Notes under the pieces: generated by a model
Database searches by the model: none
Told to the model about the DNA's origin: nothing
What the model saw: the letters and a program-made list of their open reading frames with translations, nothing else
Made by a program: the position numbers and the translations under genes
Source of the DNA: an uncultured Acidobacteriota bacterium
GTDB lineage: Bacteria > Acidobacteriota > UBA6911
Direction: 5' to 3'
Assembly: GCA_963843575.1 (NCBI GenBank)
Contig: CAWJKZ010000016.1
Span: 1-64,000, forward strand
DNA: 64,000 bases
Part shown: one piece after another, positions 39,315 through 50,147 of the stretch
Position numbering within the stretch: position 1 is the first letter of the stretch
How the letters are laid out: the number at the start of each line of letters is the position of its first letter

Positions 39315-42300
39315 TTGGCGGCACTTCGCATCGAAATGTTGGGTGGCTTCTGTATCACTCACGGGGACAAAACGGTCACGACCGTCAATACCAGCCGCCT
39401 GCAATCCCTGCTGGCGTACCTGGTGCTCAAGGGCGCGGCCGGTCAGTCGCGCGAGCACCTTGCGTTCCTGTTCTGGCCGGACTCCTCGGAGTCTCAGGCA
39501 CGCACAAACCTGCGGCAACTCCTGCACCACCTCCGCTCCGGTCTGCCGGACTGCGACACCTACATGGAAGTTGGCTCCCGTGCTCTTCGCTGGAGGAGCG
39601 ACTCGGACTTTTCGTCCGATGTAGCGGAATTCGAGCGCGCCGCATCCGCAGCCCAGGTCGAAGAGGCCGGCCACAATAACTCGCGTCCTCTCCGGGAACG
39701 CCTCGAAAGCGCTGCCCGGCTCTACCGGGGCGACCTGCTCCCGGGTTTTTATGACGAGTGGATCCGGGCGGAGCGCCAGCTGCTGCGACAGAGCTACATC
39801 GGTGTGCTCACCCGGTTGATCGCTCACCTCGAGAAGGCGGGGGAATATCCTGCCGCCATTTCGTACGGCGAGCGGCTGCTCTCCTGCGATCCGCTGAGCG
39901 AAGCCAGGTATCAGACCCTGATTCGCCTGCACGCTCTGAACGGGGACCGGGCGGCGGCGACGCGCGCATACCATCAGTGCGTCGCCGCGCTGCGGAGCGA
40001 ACTGAACGTCGAGCCGGGGATCTCCACGCGAAAGCTCTACGAGGAGATGGCGCGGCTTGCTCCGGCACCAGCTGTAGCGCAAACCTCCGAATCCGGGTCG
40101 CCCAATTCCTGCTTGCCCCTGGTGGGGAGGCGGAAAGAGCTGAATCGAATCCTGGACGCGTGGCACACCGCGGCCGGCGGCCGGGCTCTCTTTGTGCTCA
40201 TTCTGGGCGAGTCCGGCATCGGGAAGACGCGTCTGGCCCAAGAAGCGATCAGCGAAGTGGGCCAGGGATCCCACGCGGCGTACGCGCGCTGTTATGCGGC
40301 GGAGCACGATCTGGCTTATGCGCCCGTGACCCACTGGCTGCGAAGCGAGCCGATCCGGAGCGGCATCTCGAGGCTCCCAGAATCCGACCTAAGCGAGCTG
40401 GTGCGGGTCGTTCCTGAACTTCTGAGGGAACACCCCGGGCTTGCACCTCCGCAGCCGCTGGCCGAAGGGTGGCATCGACGCCGTTTCCTTGAGATTCTGG
40501 CCCGCGCGGTGCTCGATGCGGCTCAGCCGCTCCTGCTGGTGCTGGACGACCTGCACTGGTGCGACCCGGAGACGTTGGAGTGGCTGGAGTTCCTGCTCCA
40601 CTTCGACCCGAAGGCGAAGCTGCTGGTCCTGGGCGCCACGCAAGCCGAGGAGATCGGCGGCAGGCATGTTCTTCGGCCGCTGCTCGATCGGCTGATCAAG
40701 GAAAACATCGCGAGCGAGATTGTGCTTCCGGCGCTCGACAGAGACGAGACCGCGGCCCTTGTGCGACACGTGTCCCGTGAGAAACTCGACAGCCGCTCCA
40801 CGGAGCGCATCCATCACTACACGGAAGGGAATCCCCTCTTCGTGGTGGAGAGTGTGCTGGCCGGACTGGCCACTGCGGCTGACGGCGAGAACCGAGGCGA
40901 GGCGGATAGATCGCCCCCGGGCCTGGACGCGCCCCTCCCGCCGAAGGTGCGAGCGGTGCTGGCCTCCCGCCTGGCCCAGCTATCCCCGCCCGCTCGCGAC
41001 GTGGCGGGGGCAGCCGCTGCGATCGGCCGCGCCTTCGGTTTCGAGCTGCTTCTCAAAGCCTGCACACTCAGCGAGGCCGATCTGATTCCTCTTGTCGACG
41101 AACTCTGGGAACGGCGGATCATTCGCGGCGCGGGTCAGGGACTGTATGATTTTTCGCACGACAAGCTGCGCGAAGTCGCCTACGAGGAAGTCGGTCCGGG
41201 GCGAAGAACGTTGCTGCACCGCTCGGTGGCGGAAGCTTTCGAAGCGGCGGACAACGCGGAGGCGGCGACCGCGCAGGTCGCCGGCCATTATGAGCGGGCC
41301 GGCATGCCGGCCCGGGCTATCCCGCACTACGTCAAGGCGGCGAAGTCGAGCAGGACCCGCTATGCGGACAAGGACGCCATCGAATATCTGACCAGGGCCC
41401 TGCACCTTCTCCAGACGCTGGCTCAGACCCGGAAGCGCGACGAACAGGAACTGGAGATCCTGGTACTGCTGGGAGCGGCGCTGGTGTCCGTCCAGGGATA
41501 CGCGGCAACCGAGGTTGGGCGGGTCTACGACCGCGCGCGCCTGCTGTGCGAGTTCCTGGACGCACGACAGCCCTATTTCCCGGTGCTCTGGGGATCGTGG
41601 GTTTTCCATGTCGTGAGGGCCAGCTTTCAGACGGCCAGGGAATTCGCCAACCGCTTCCGCCATCTCGCGGAGGACGGCGGCAACCCGACCCTCGCTGCCG
41701 CCGGCCACTTCATGATGGGGTGCACGCTGTTTCACGTCGGCAAGACCGCCGAGGCACGCAGCCACTTCGCCGACGCCCTTGAGCGCTATGACCCGCAGCA
41801 TTACCCGTTTCTGCTGCACGAGTACGGGCCGGAACTCGGCGTGTTCTGCCAGGCCTACCTGGCGCACTGCCTTTGGATCCTCGGCTGCCCGCAACAGTCC
41901 CTCGATCGAATCTCCCGCGCGGTGACCCGGGCCCGCGAGCTCGACGATCCATTCAGCGTCACCCTGGCGCTTGTTTACTCCGCCATGCTCCACCAGTTTC
42001 TTGGGAATCCCGGCGAGTCACGGGACCTGGCAGAACAGGCCGCAGCCCTGTGCGACGAGCACGGCTTCCGATACTACCAGGCGTGGCCGCCCATAATCAG
42101 GGGCTGGGCCATGGCCGCCTCCGGCAGGGCAGAAGAGGGGGCGGCCATGATCGGCGAAGGAGTGGACAGTCTCAGGCGAATTCAATCACGACTTCGGGAA
42201 CCGTATTATCTCGGCTTGCTGGCACACGCCTGCATCGCCGCGGGCCGATCGGACGAAGCCTTGAAGCACGTCAGAGACGCCTTCGCCGCTATCGAGCACG

Positions 42301-42617
42301 GCGGGGAAACCTGGGCGGAGGCCGAGATCCACAGGGTCAGAGGAATGCTCCTTCAGGACCAGGGTGACGCGCGGGGTGCCGAACAGAGTTACCAGCGCGC
42401 CTATTCGCTCGCCAGTCGACAGGAGGCCCGTTCGTTTGCACTCCGTGCCGCCATCTCGCTGGTCAGGTTGTGGATAATGCAGGGCAAGCGCATTCAGGCA
42501 CAAAGGCTCGTGCGGGAGGTGCACGACAGGTTTGCCGGGCAGGCGGAGGCCCCGGATCTGGCGGAGCTGGATTCTCTGCTGGGGGGCGCGACCCGGCACA
42601 GGCGCTGGCGTGAGTGA
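39315..42617 (+). CDS. SARP/BTAD transcriptional activator with AAA ATPase and TPR domains
   Basis: LGGF...SREHLAFLFWPDS..QARTNLR wHTH, LYRGDLLPG BTAD, GESGIGKT, LDDLHW, TEGNPLF, FSHDKLRE. Confidence 0.9.
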   Translation: MAALRIEMLGGFCITHGDKTVTTVNTSRLQSLLAYLVLKGAAGQSREHLAFLFWPDSSESQARTNLRQLLHHLRSGLPDCDTYMEVGSRALRWRSDSDFSSDVAEFERAASAAQVEEAGHNNSRPLRERLESAARLYRGDLLPGFYDEWIRAERQLLRQSYIGVLTRLIAHLEKAGEYPAAISYGERLLSCDPLSEARYQTLIRLHALNGDRAAATRAYHQCVAALRSELNVEPGISTRKLYEEMARLAPAPAVAQTSESGSPNSCLPLVGRRKELNRILDAWHTAAGGRALFVLILGESGIGKTRLAQEAISEVGQGSHAAYARCYAAEHDLAYAPVTHWLRSEPIRSGISRLPESDLSELVRVVPELLREHPGLAPPQPLAEGWHRRRFLEILARAVLDAAQPLLLVLDDLHWCDPETLEWLEFLLHFDPKAKLLVLGATQAEEIGGRHVLRPLLDRLIKENIASEIVLPALDRDETAALVRHVSREKLDSRSTERIHHYTEGNPLFVVESVLAGLATAADGENRGEADRSPPGLDAPLPPKVRAVLASRLAQLSPPARDVAGAAAAIGRAFGFELLLKACTLSEADLIPLVDELWERRIIRGAGQGLYDFSHDKLREVAYEEVGPGRRTLLHRSVAEAFEAADNAEAATAQVAGHYERAGMPARAIPHYVKAAKSSRTRYADKDAIEYLTRALHLLQTLAQTRKRDEQELEILVLLGAALVSVQGYAATEVGRVYDRARLLCEFLDARQPYFPVLWGSWVFHVVRASFQTAREFANRFRHLAEDGGNPTLAAAGHFMMGCTLFHVGKTAEARSHFADALERYDPQHYPFLLHEYGPELGVFCQAYLAHCLWILGCPQQSLDRISRAVTRARELDDPFSVTLALVYSAMLHQFLGNPGESRDLAEQAAALCDEHGFRYYQAWPPIIRGWAMAASGRAEEGAAMIGEGVDSLRRIQSRLREPYYLGLLAHACIAAGRSDEALKHVRDAFAAIEHGGETWAEAEIHRVRGMLLQDQGDARGAEQSYQRAYSLASRQEARSFALRAAISLVRLWIMQGKRIQAQRLVREVHDRFAGQAEAPDLAELDSLLGGATRHRRWRE

Positions 42618-42634
42618 TCCCCCCGGTATCCCGC

Positions 42635-42742
42635 GAACGCCTTCAGAACGTCCGCCCTCCGTGCTTCCGGGACTGCCGGCTGAAAATTTCCTTCCACAGA
42701 ACGCTCTGCAGAACGCTCCCGGAACGCCACGGGTTCTACACT
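42635..42742 (+). promoter_or_regulatory. Phased GAACG(C) direct repeats plus -10 box (candidate SARP operator)
   Basis: Repeats start at 42635, 42646, 42699, 42711 and 42722; TACACT at 42737-42742. Confidence 0.6.
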
Positions 42743-42781
42743 CTCGACTGCAAGGTAAGAAATCAGGAGAGGAGTGAACCC

Positions 42782-44167
42782 ATGTTGAACAAAGAGAAGA
42801 TCCAGGAACTGAGATCCAAACTGGCCGGTGAGCTGATTGAACCCGGCGAAGCGCGCTACGACGGCGCCCGGAAAGTGTACAACGCGATGATCGACCGGCA
42901 CCCTCGCATCATTGCCCGCTGCGCCGACGTCGCAGACGTCATCGCCGCGATCGATTTCGCCCGGAGCAATGGCCTGCTGGTCTCCATCAGGGGAGGAGGG
43001 CACAACGCGGGAGGGCTTGGCGTGTGCGACGACGGGCTGGTGATCGACCTCTCGCTCATCCGCTACACCCATGTCGATCCCGAAAACAAAACCGTGCGGG
43101 TGGGCGGGGGGGCCACGTGGCGCGAAGTCGATCACGCTACCCACGCCTTCGGGTTGGCAGTCCCCACCGGGATCATCTCGAGCACCGGCGTGGGAGGCCT
43201 CACGCTGGGGGGAGGTCTTGGGCACCTCACGAGGAGCTGCGGCCTGACGATCGACAACCTGGTTTCGGCCGACCTGGTGCTGGCAGACGGCAGGTTCGTG
43301 ACCGCGAACGAGTGGCGCAACGAAGACCTCTTCTGGGCTATACGCGGTGGGGGCGGAAACTTCGGCGTCGTCACATCCTTCGTGTTCAAGGCTCACCCGG
43401 TGCACACCGACTACGCGGGACCGATGCTCTGGCATCTGGACCGGGCCGCGGACGTGATGAAGTGGTACCGCCAGTTCATCGCCACCGCATCGGAGGAGAT
43501 CACGGGCTTCTTCGCCTTCATGACGGTGCCCCCGGGACCGCCCTTCCCGGAGCAGCTTCACCTTAAAAAGATGTGCGCGATAGTCTGGTGTTACACCGGA
43601 CCGCTCGAGAAAGCGGAACAGGTGTTCCAGCCCGTGCGCGCCCAGCTGCGGCCGGAGCTGGACCTGGTGGGGCCGCTGCCGCACCCCGCCCTGCAGGGCA
43701 TGTTCGACCCGATCTACCCGCCCGGCTTGCAGTGGTACTGGAAGGCCGACTTCGTCAACGAACTGAGCGACGAGGCGATCGCGCTGCACGTGAAGCACGG
43801 ATCCGAGTTGCCCTCCATGTGGTCCACCATGCACCTGTACCCGATCAACGGGGCTGCGCGCCGCGTCGGGAATCACGAGACGGCCTGGAGCTACCGCGAA
43901 AGCACGTGGGCCGAGGTCATCGTCGGCGTGGACCCCGATCCGAAAAACAAGGATCGCATCAGCGAGTGGGCGCGCCGGTATTGGGAGGCCCTGCATCCCT
44001 ATTCGGCCGGCGGCGCCTATGTCAATTTCATGATGGAGGAGGGCGACGACCGCATCAGGGCGACGTACCGCGACAACTACGAGCGGCTGGCCGGGATCAA
44101 GGCAAAGTACGACCCGACCAACTTCTTTCGCGTCAACCAGAACATCAAACCCGCGACGGCCGCGTGA
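42782..44167 (+). CDS. FAD-binding oxidoreductase (VAO/PCMH family, BBE domain)
   Basis: IRGGGHN, TGVGGLTLGGG, DLFWAIRGGGGNFGVVT, YVNF, KYDPTNFFRVNQNI. Confidence 0.92.
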   Translation: MLNKEKIQELRSKLAGELIEPGEARYDGARKVYNAMIDRHPRIIARCADVADVIAAIDFARSNGLLVSIRGGGHNAGGLGVCDDGLVIDLSLIRYTHVDPENKTVRVGGGATWREVDHATHAFGLAVPTGIISSTGVGGLTLGGGLGHLTRSCGLTIDNLVSADLVLADGRFVTANEWRNEDLFWAIRGGGGNFGVVTSFVFKAHPVHTDYAGPMLWHLDRAADVMKWYRQFIATASEEITGFFAFMTVPPGPPFPEQLHLKKMCAIVWCYTGPLEKAEQVFQPVRAQLRPELDLVGPLPHPALQGMFDPIYPPGLQWYWKADFVNELSDEAIALHVKHGSELPSMWSTMHLYPINGAARRVGNHETAWSYRESTWAEVIVGVDPDPKNKDRISEWARRYWEALHPYSAGGAYVNFMMEEGDDRIRATYRDNYERLAGIKAKYDPTNFFRVNQNIKPATAA

Positions 44168-44807
44168 AAGACAGGGGCAGCCGCAAAACGATTTCGGTTT
44201 GTGGCTGCCCCTTCTCCAGGCGCGCAACTGCGCCTGCGGGTCAGGGGGCGCCGCGACGGCTTGATCGCCTGATTGCCGGTGTGCCGCCACTGGCGGTCGT
44301 AGCCAGCCGGGAGAGGACGGGCAAGACAGGCTGCCACACCCGAGCACCGTCACGCACTGGACGTGCGACGCCCCGGGTCGCGTCGACGCGGTCCGTCGAG
44401 CGGATCGCGATGCGCGAGCCCAGCGGGAGCGAGACCGTGGAGCGCCGGACGTCGGCTGACGACGACGGCGCGCCCTCAAAATAGAAGTCGGGTGGACCGC
44501 CGTGGCGTGACATTACCCGGGGGGGGGCCGCTCCGGCACAGGGATCCGTTTCTGGCTGGAGGCCTGCGAGAGAATTCCTTCTCCGGCAAGATCGTCCCGG
44601 GCGTAGAATCCTGCCAGTAATCGGCCCAGGGTGCGGAGCAGTCCCGACGGGCGCTGCGAAGGTGACCGCGGCCCCGTTCACAAGCCCCCGGCGCCCTCGG
44701 GGTCTGAACGCATCTCATTGGGTTGCGCAGTGCGGCTCTGCGTCGACAGCGCGGCAGTCGAGCGCTATTGACGCGGGTGCGAAACAACCCGAATTCGAGG
44801 CGTAACG

Positions 44808-45578
44808 ATGACGCTGGCAACGGGTGCTCGCCTCGGACCCTACGAGATCGTGACCCCCCTGGGCGCCGGCGGCATGGGCGAAGTGTACAAAGCGTGCGAC
44901 ACCCGCCTCGGCCGCAACGTGGCGGTCAAGGTGCTGCCCACGCACCTCTCGGCGAATCCCGAGGTCCGTGCCCGGTTCGAGCGCGAGGCGCGGGCGATTT
45001 CCCAGCTCAACCACCCTCACATCTGCTCCCTTCACGACATCGGCCGGCAGGGTGATATCGATTTCCTGGTGATGGAGTACCTGGAGGGACAGACGCTGGC
45101 TGCGCGTCTCGAGAAGGGGCCGCTTCCGCTTCCGGAAGTGCTGCGCTATGGAGTCGAGATGGCGAACGCGCTGGATTGCGCGCATCGCAACGGGATCGTG
45201 CACCGCGACCTGAAGCCTGAAAACATCATGCTGACCAAGGGCGGGGCGAAGCTGATGGACTTCGGTCTTGCACGCCCTTCCCGACTGGCGCCGGTGGCCG
45301 GGGGGCCGAGCGAATCGCCGACGGGGAGCCGTCCGATCACGACGGAAGGCGCGATCGTCGGAACGTTTCAGTACATGGCGCCGGAGCAGCTGGAAGGGAA
45401 GCAGGCGGACGCGCGAACGGACCTGTGGGCACTGGGCTGCGTGCTGTACGAAATGGCGACCGGGAGGCGGGCAGGCGTGCGCGTGTCCAATTTTCACACC
45501 ACGCGCGATGCACGCAGCTACGCTTACGGCTACCTGCGGGTCCTCGACGAGCTCTATCTCGTGGAGGGCCTGAGATAG
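44808..45578 (+). pseudogene. Ser/Thr protein kinase with probable in-frame internal deletion
   Basis: LGAGGMGEVY, VAVK, HRDLKPEN, DFGLA, YMAPE, DLWALG, then directly the terminal SYAYGYLRVLDELYLVEGLR; subdomains X-XI are missing. Confidence 0.75.
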
Positions 45579-45891
45579 GGACTGTTGCATCGTGCGGAGG
45601 GCAGGCACAACCCCGGGCGCCCCTCCGCATGAACAGGGCGTGAGCCCGCAGGCAACATCGTTTGGAAGGCAAGGGACCTCACGTTGAACGCCGCTCACTC
45701 CCGGAATCCCCGCGAGAACCTCGGCCGCAACGAGGCGATCTCCCGTTCCCGGAGCGACGACGTGTCCGCCGCCAACCCGTCCCGGTGTAAAATCAAAGGC
45801 CGCGACGATACGAGGTCCTCCGAAGTGCGGTCGGAGCGGTGTCGCTAACCACCGTCACCGCGTTTCCTCGCGTCCACGGGCTAGGAAGGCG

Positions 45892-46790
45892 ATGCCAATG
45901 GTGGTCGGGATGGTCGGGAACATACAGCGGTACTCGCTGCAAGACGGGCCCGGGATCCGCACGACCGTCTTTCTCAAGGGGTGCCCGCTGCGGTGCCGCT
46001 GGTGCCACAACCCAGAGTCGCGGTCGCCCGAGCCGGAGATCATCGTCCACGAGGCGCGCTGCGCGCGCTGCGGCGAGTGCGCAGACGTTTGCCCGACGGG
46101 GGCGGCCGAGCCCGGGAGCGCAGCCGGGGCGGCGTGCGCACGGTGCGGCGCCTGCGTGGAGGCCTGTCCGACCGGCGCGCGCAGCGCGACCGGCAGACCG
46201 ATGGCCGTCGAAGCCGTGATGACGGAATTGCAGAAGGACACGGTTTTCTTCGACGAGTCCGGGGGCGGGGTCACGATTTCCGGGGGCGAGCCGTTGATGC
46301 AGCCGGCGTTCCTCGGCGCGCTGCTCCTCGCGTGCCGCGGCCGCGGCCTCCACACGGCCGTGGACACCTGCGGCTACGCGCCGCTCGAGGATCTGCTCGA
46401 GGCCGCGCGGGCGGCCGACCTGTTCCTCTACGACCTGAAGTTCGCGGACGACGCGCTCCACCTGCGGTATACCGGGGTCTCCAACGCGCCGATCCTGGCT
46501 AACCTCGAGGCGCTGGCGCAGGCCCACGGCCAGATATGGCTGCGGATCCCGCTCATCCCCGGCGTCAACGACGGCGACGGCGAGCTGGACGCCATGGCCC
46601 GGCTCGCCCGCTCCCTCCCGGCCGTGCGCCGGGTGAACCTCATCCCTTATCACAGGGCCGGCATCGCGAAGTACGGCCGGCTCGGCCGGGATTGCCCGCT
46701 CGCGGAAATCGTCCCCCCGGCCCCGACCGGCTCGAGGCCGCGGCGGCGCGGTTCAGGGCCTTTGGCGTGCACGCACAACCCGGAGGTTGA
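45892..46790 (+). CDS. Glycyl-radical enzyme activating protein (frameshift near 3' end)
   Basis: [26 protein letters not shown], two CxxCxxCxxxC, [10 protein letters not shown]; natural end in the 46536..46790 frame after a C-run near 46713. Confidence 0.9.
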
Positions 46791-46795
46791 ATCCA

Positions 46796-49159
46796 GTGAA
46801 CGCTCGAACCGCAAGACTCAGGCAGCAGAGCCTGGATGCGAAACCCTCGATATCGCCCGAGCGCGCCGTCCTGATCACCGACTTCTACCGGGCCAACGAG
46901 GGACGCTATTCGGTCCCCGTGATGCGCGCGCGGGCCTTTCACTGGCTCTGCGAACGCAAGAGCGTCTTCATCGGGGACGGCGAGCTCATCGTCGGCGAAC
47001 GCGGCCCGGCGCCCAAGCAGGTCCCGACGTTCCCGGAACTGACCTGCCACAGCCTTGAAGATCTGGAGATACTCGACAGCCGCCCCAAGACCAGCTACGC
47101 CGTCGACGCCGCCTGCCTGGCGGCCTACCGGGACCGCGTCATCCCGTACTGGCGCGGCCGCAGCATGCGGGACCGCATCTTCGACCAGATGGCTCCCGAG
47201 TGGCGGCAGGCTTACGACGCCGGGATGTTCACGGAGTTCATGGAGCAGCGCGCCCCCGGCCACACGGTCCTGGACGGCAAGATCTACGGCAAGGGGATAA
47301 CCGGCTTCAAAGAGGACATCGCCCGGGCGATCGGCGCCCTCGATTTCATGGCAGATCCTGCCGCCTGGGAAAAGAGGGAAGAGCTGCGGGCGATGGAGAT
47401 CGCCTGCGACGCCCTGGTCCTGTACGCGGAACGGCACGCGGAGCTGGCGCGCGTCAGGGCGGCCCATGAGCCCGACGCCTCGCGGCGCGCCGAACTGCTC
47501 CGGATCGCCGAGGTTTGCACCCACGTTCCGGCGCGCCCGCCGCGCGATTTCCACGACGCCCTGCAGCACTACTGGTTCTGCCACCTCGCCGTGATCACCG
47601 AACTCAACGGGTGGGACGCCTTCAACCCCGGGCACCTGGATCACCACCTTGCCTCCTTCTACCGCCAGGGCCTCGCGGCCGGCACCCTGACGCCCGACGC
47701 GGCGCGGGAGCTGCTCGAGGCCTTCTTCATCAAGTTCAACAACCACCCGGCCCCGCCGAAGGTCGGGGTGACGGCGGCCGAGAGCGGGACCTACACCGAC
47801 TTCGCCAACATCAACATCGGCGGGCTGCTCGCCGACGGCTCCGACGGCTCCAACGAGATCTCCCACATGCTGCTCGACATCGTCGACGACATGCACCTGC
47901 TGCAGCCGAGCACCAACATCCAGCTCTCGCGCAAAAACCCCGACGCTCTCCTGAAACACGCGCTGCGTGTCGTCCGCAAGGGCTTCGGCTTCCCCTCGGT
48001 GTTCAACGCCGACGCCGTCGTCGCGGAGCAGCTCAGGCAGGGGAAGACGCTCGAGGACGCGCGGGCCGGCGGCTGCAGCGGGTGCGTCGAGGTCGGCGCG
48101 TTCGGGAAGGAAGCCTATATCCTCACGGGCTACTTCAACCTCGTCAAGGCGCTCGAGCTTGCCTTGCACGACGGCGTCGACCCGCGCTCCGGGACAAGGG
48201 TCGGGGTGGGGAGCGGCGCGGCCGGGTCCCTGCGGAGCTTCGACGACGTTTTCCTGGCCTTCGAAAACCAGCTGCGCCACTTCGTCCGCGTCAAGATCGC
48301 CGGAAACCGGCTCATCGAGCAGATGTACGCGCGGCTCATGCCCGCGCCCTTCCTGTCGGTCCTCACCGACGACTGCATCTCCAGGGGCGTGGACTACAAC
48401 GCGGGCGGCGCGCGCTACAACAACACGTTCATTCAGCTCGTCGGCATCGCCAGCCTCACCGACAGTCTCTCGGCCATCAGGCAACTCGTGTTCGAGGAGC
48501 GTCTCCTGGCGCTGGAGGACCTGGTCGCGGCGCTCGACGCCGACTTCGCGGGGAACGAGCCCCTTCGGCTGCGCATGGTCAACCGTACCCACAGGTACGG
48601 CAACGACGACGACTTCGCCGACGAAATCATGGTGCGGGCGTTCCGGGCGTGCTTCGACGCGATCGACGGCCTCCCGGACTCCCGCGGCGGGAGGTACCGC
48701 ATCGAGATGCTCCCCACCACCTGCCACGTCTACTTCGGCTCCGTCACCGGCGCGACGCCCGACGGGCGCCAGGCCGGGCTTCCCCTGTCCGAAGGGATCT
48801 CCCCGGTGCAGGGTGCCGACCGCCACGGGCCGACCGCCGTCATCAAGTCCGCCGCCAAGATGGACCACCTGAAGACGGGCGGGACCCTCCTCAACATGAA
48901 ATTCACGCCGTCGCTCGTGGCCGGGGAGGACGGCATCGCCAAGTGGGCCAACCTGGTCCGGGCCTACTTCAGATCGGACGGGCACCACGTCCAGTTCAAC
49001 GTCGTCCGGGCCGCCACCTTGCGCGAGGCGCAGACGGCCCCGGAAAAGCACCGCGACCTCATCGTCCGGGTCGCCGGCTACAGCGACTACTTCTGCGACC
49101 TGTCGCCCGAGCTGCAGGAGGAGATCATCGCCCGCACCGAGCACGATGCCCTGCAGTAG
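46796..49159 (+). CDS. hypD: trans-4-hydroxy-L-proline dehydratase (glycyl radical enzyme)
   Basis: [49 protein letters not shown]. Confidence 0.85.
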   Translation: MNARTARLRQQSLDAKPSISPERAVLITDFYRANEGRYSVPVMRARAFHWLCERKSVFIGDGELIVGERGPAPKQVPTFPELTCHSLEDLEILDSRPKTSYAVDAACLAAYRDRVIPYWRGRSMRDRIFDQMAPEWRQAYDAGMFTEFMEQRAPGHTVLDGKIYGKGITGFKEDIARAIGALDFMADPAAWEKREELRAMEIACDALVLYAERHAELARVRAAHEPDASRRAELLRIAEVCTHVPARPPRDFHDALQHYWFCHLAVITELNGWDAFNPGHLDHHLASFYRQGLAAGTLTPDAARELLEAFFIKFNNHPAPPKVGVTAAESGTYTDFANINIGGLLADGSDGSNEISHMLLDIVDDMHLLQPSTNIQLSRKNPDALLKHALRVVRKGFGFPSVFNADAVVAEQLRQGKTLEDARAGGCSGCVEVGAFGKEAYILTGYFNLVKALELALHDGVDPRSGTRVGVGSGAAGSLRSFDDVFLAFENQLRHFVRVKIAGNRLIEQMYARLMPAPFLSVLTDDCISRGVDYNAGGARYNNTFIQLVGIASLTDSLSAIRQLVFEERLLALEDLVAALDADFAGNEPLRLRMVNRTHRYGNDDDFADEIMVRAFRACFDAIDGLPDSRGGRYRIEMLPTTCHVYFGSVTGATPDGRQAGLPLSEGISPVQGADRHGPTAVIKSAAKMDHLKTGGTLLNMKFTPSLVAGEDGIAKWANLVRAYFRSDGHHVQFNVVRAATLREAQTAPEKHRDLIVRVAGYSDYFCDLSPELQEEIIARTEHDALQ

Positions 49160-49175
49160 CGCCGCAGTCGACACA

Positions 49176-49196
49176 GTGAACACCTTCGGAGTTCAC
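49176..49196 (+). terminator. UUCG-loop hairpin after hypD
   Basis: GTGAACACC-TTCG-GAGTTCAC; no U-tract. Confidence 0.35.
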
Positions 49197-49264
49197 CTGC
49201 GACCGGCACAGGTGGTACCCTAGAGGGCGACAGTGCGCCACCCGGCTGTCTCCAGGAGAACGCG

Positions 49265-50005
49265 ATGAAATGTGCCCGCAGGCTGGCGGCTACGGCCGCG
49301 CCGCTGATGTTGCTCTTCGTCACAGCCGTCCCACGCCCCGCCCACGCCCAGTTGCAGCTATTCCACAGGTCGTGGGAGGTGTCGTTTTTCGGCGGCGGCA
49401 GTTTCCTCGGCGAACGGTCCTACCCGACGGCCGTCACGGGCTCGGCCACGGCGTCGGTGCGCGACGTCGGGCTGCGCTACGGGTCCGGCTACCTCGTCGG
49501 GGCGAGCGTCACGCAAAAGCTCTCGCGCCACGCGGGGGCCAGCCTGGAATACACCTTCGCCAACCAGCCGCTCGAGTTTGCCGCTCTCCTCGACCAGCCG
49601 GCGTCGCTCGGGATGAGTCACTCCATCCACAGGGTTGCCTACGACCTGACCTACTATCCGCTGGATCCCTACGCGAGGATCCGACCTTACGCGTTCGCCG
49701 GCCCGGGCCTGTCGTTGTTTCGCGCCACCCGGAAATCCGTCGCCGAAGGCTCCGCCCCTGACACGCGGCTGAGCAGCTCCTGGAAGGCTACGGTAAACTG
49801 GGGCGGCGGCGTCAAATACCTCCTCATGGATCACTGGGCGGCCTCCCTGCAGTTCACCGACTCCGTATCCGGAGTCCCCGGGTACGGGTTGCCTTCGACT
49901 GCCGCCGCTTCCGGCGGCTCGCTCGTTCCCGGTTTCCGGCCAAAAGGGTTCCTGCACGACAAGATCGTGACCCTCGGTATCGTCTACCAGTGGGACGACC
50001 GGTGA
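49265..50005 (+). CDS. Outer-membrane beta-barrel protein
   Basis: Signal peptide, WEVSFFGGG, RPYAFAGPG, VNWGGGVKY, terminal LGIVYQW. Confidence 0.75.
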   Translation: MKCARRLAATAAPLMLLFVTAVPRPAHAQLQLFHRSWEVSFFGGGSFLGERSYPTAVTGSATASVRDVGLRYGSGYLVGASVTQKLSRHAGASLEYTFANQPLEFAALLDQPASLGMSHSIHRVAYDLTYYPLDPYARIRPYAFAGPGLSLFRATRKSVAEGSAPDTRLSSSWKATVNWGGGVKYLLMDHWAASLQFTDSVSGVPGYGLPSTAAASGGSLVPGFRPKGFLHDKIVTLGIVYQWDDR

Positions 50006-50147
50006 GGGCTTCGGCATCGGCCGGAGACCCCCCGAGCCAAGTGCGTTCCCGTCCAAACTCTTGAATCCAATTCTCCGGATGGGCGCCCTCACGCCGTGGT
50101 ATTCGCAAGGTTAATAGACTAGAGTACAATAACTTATAGTTTAGGCA

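Noticed and set aside
44170-44800. 630-bp intergenic stretch as a possible gene or ncRNA
   Set aside because: No recognisable motif in any frame and no strong repeat or structure found by eye.
46700-46790. Programmed frameshift in the GRE activase
   Set aside because: Occurs at a C homopolymer in a window with many indel errors; a sequencing error is the simpler explanation.
46796-49159. Pyruvate formate-lyase or choline TMA-lyase
   Set aside because: Single-Cys SGCVE loop and HypD-type motifs; no PFL Cys-Cys pair and no microcompartment genes.
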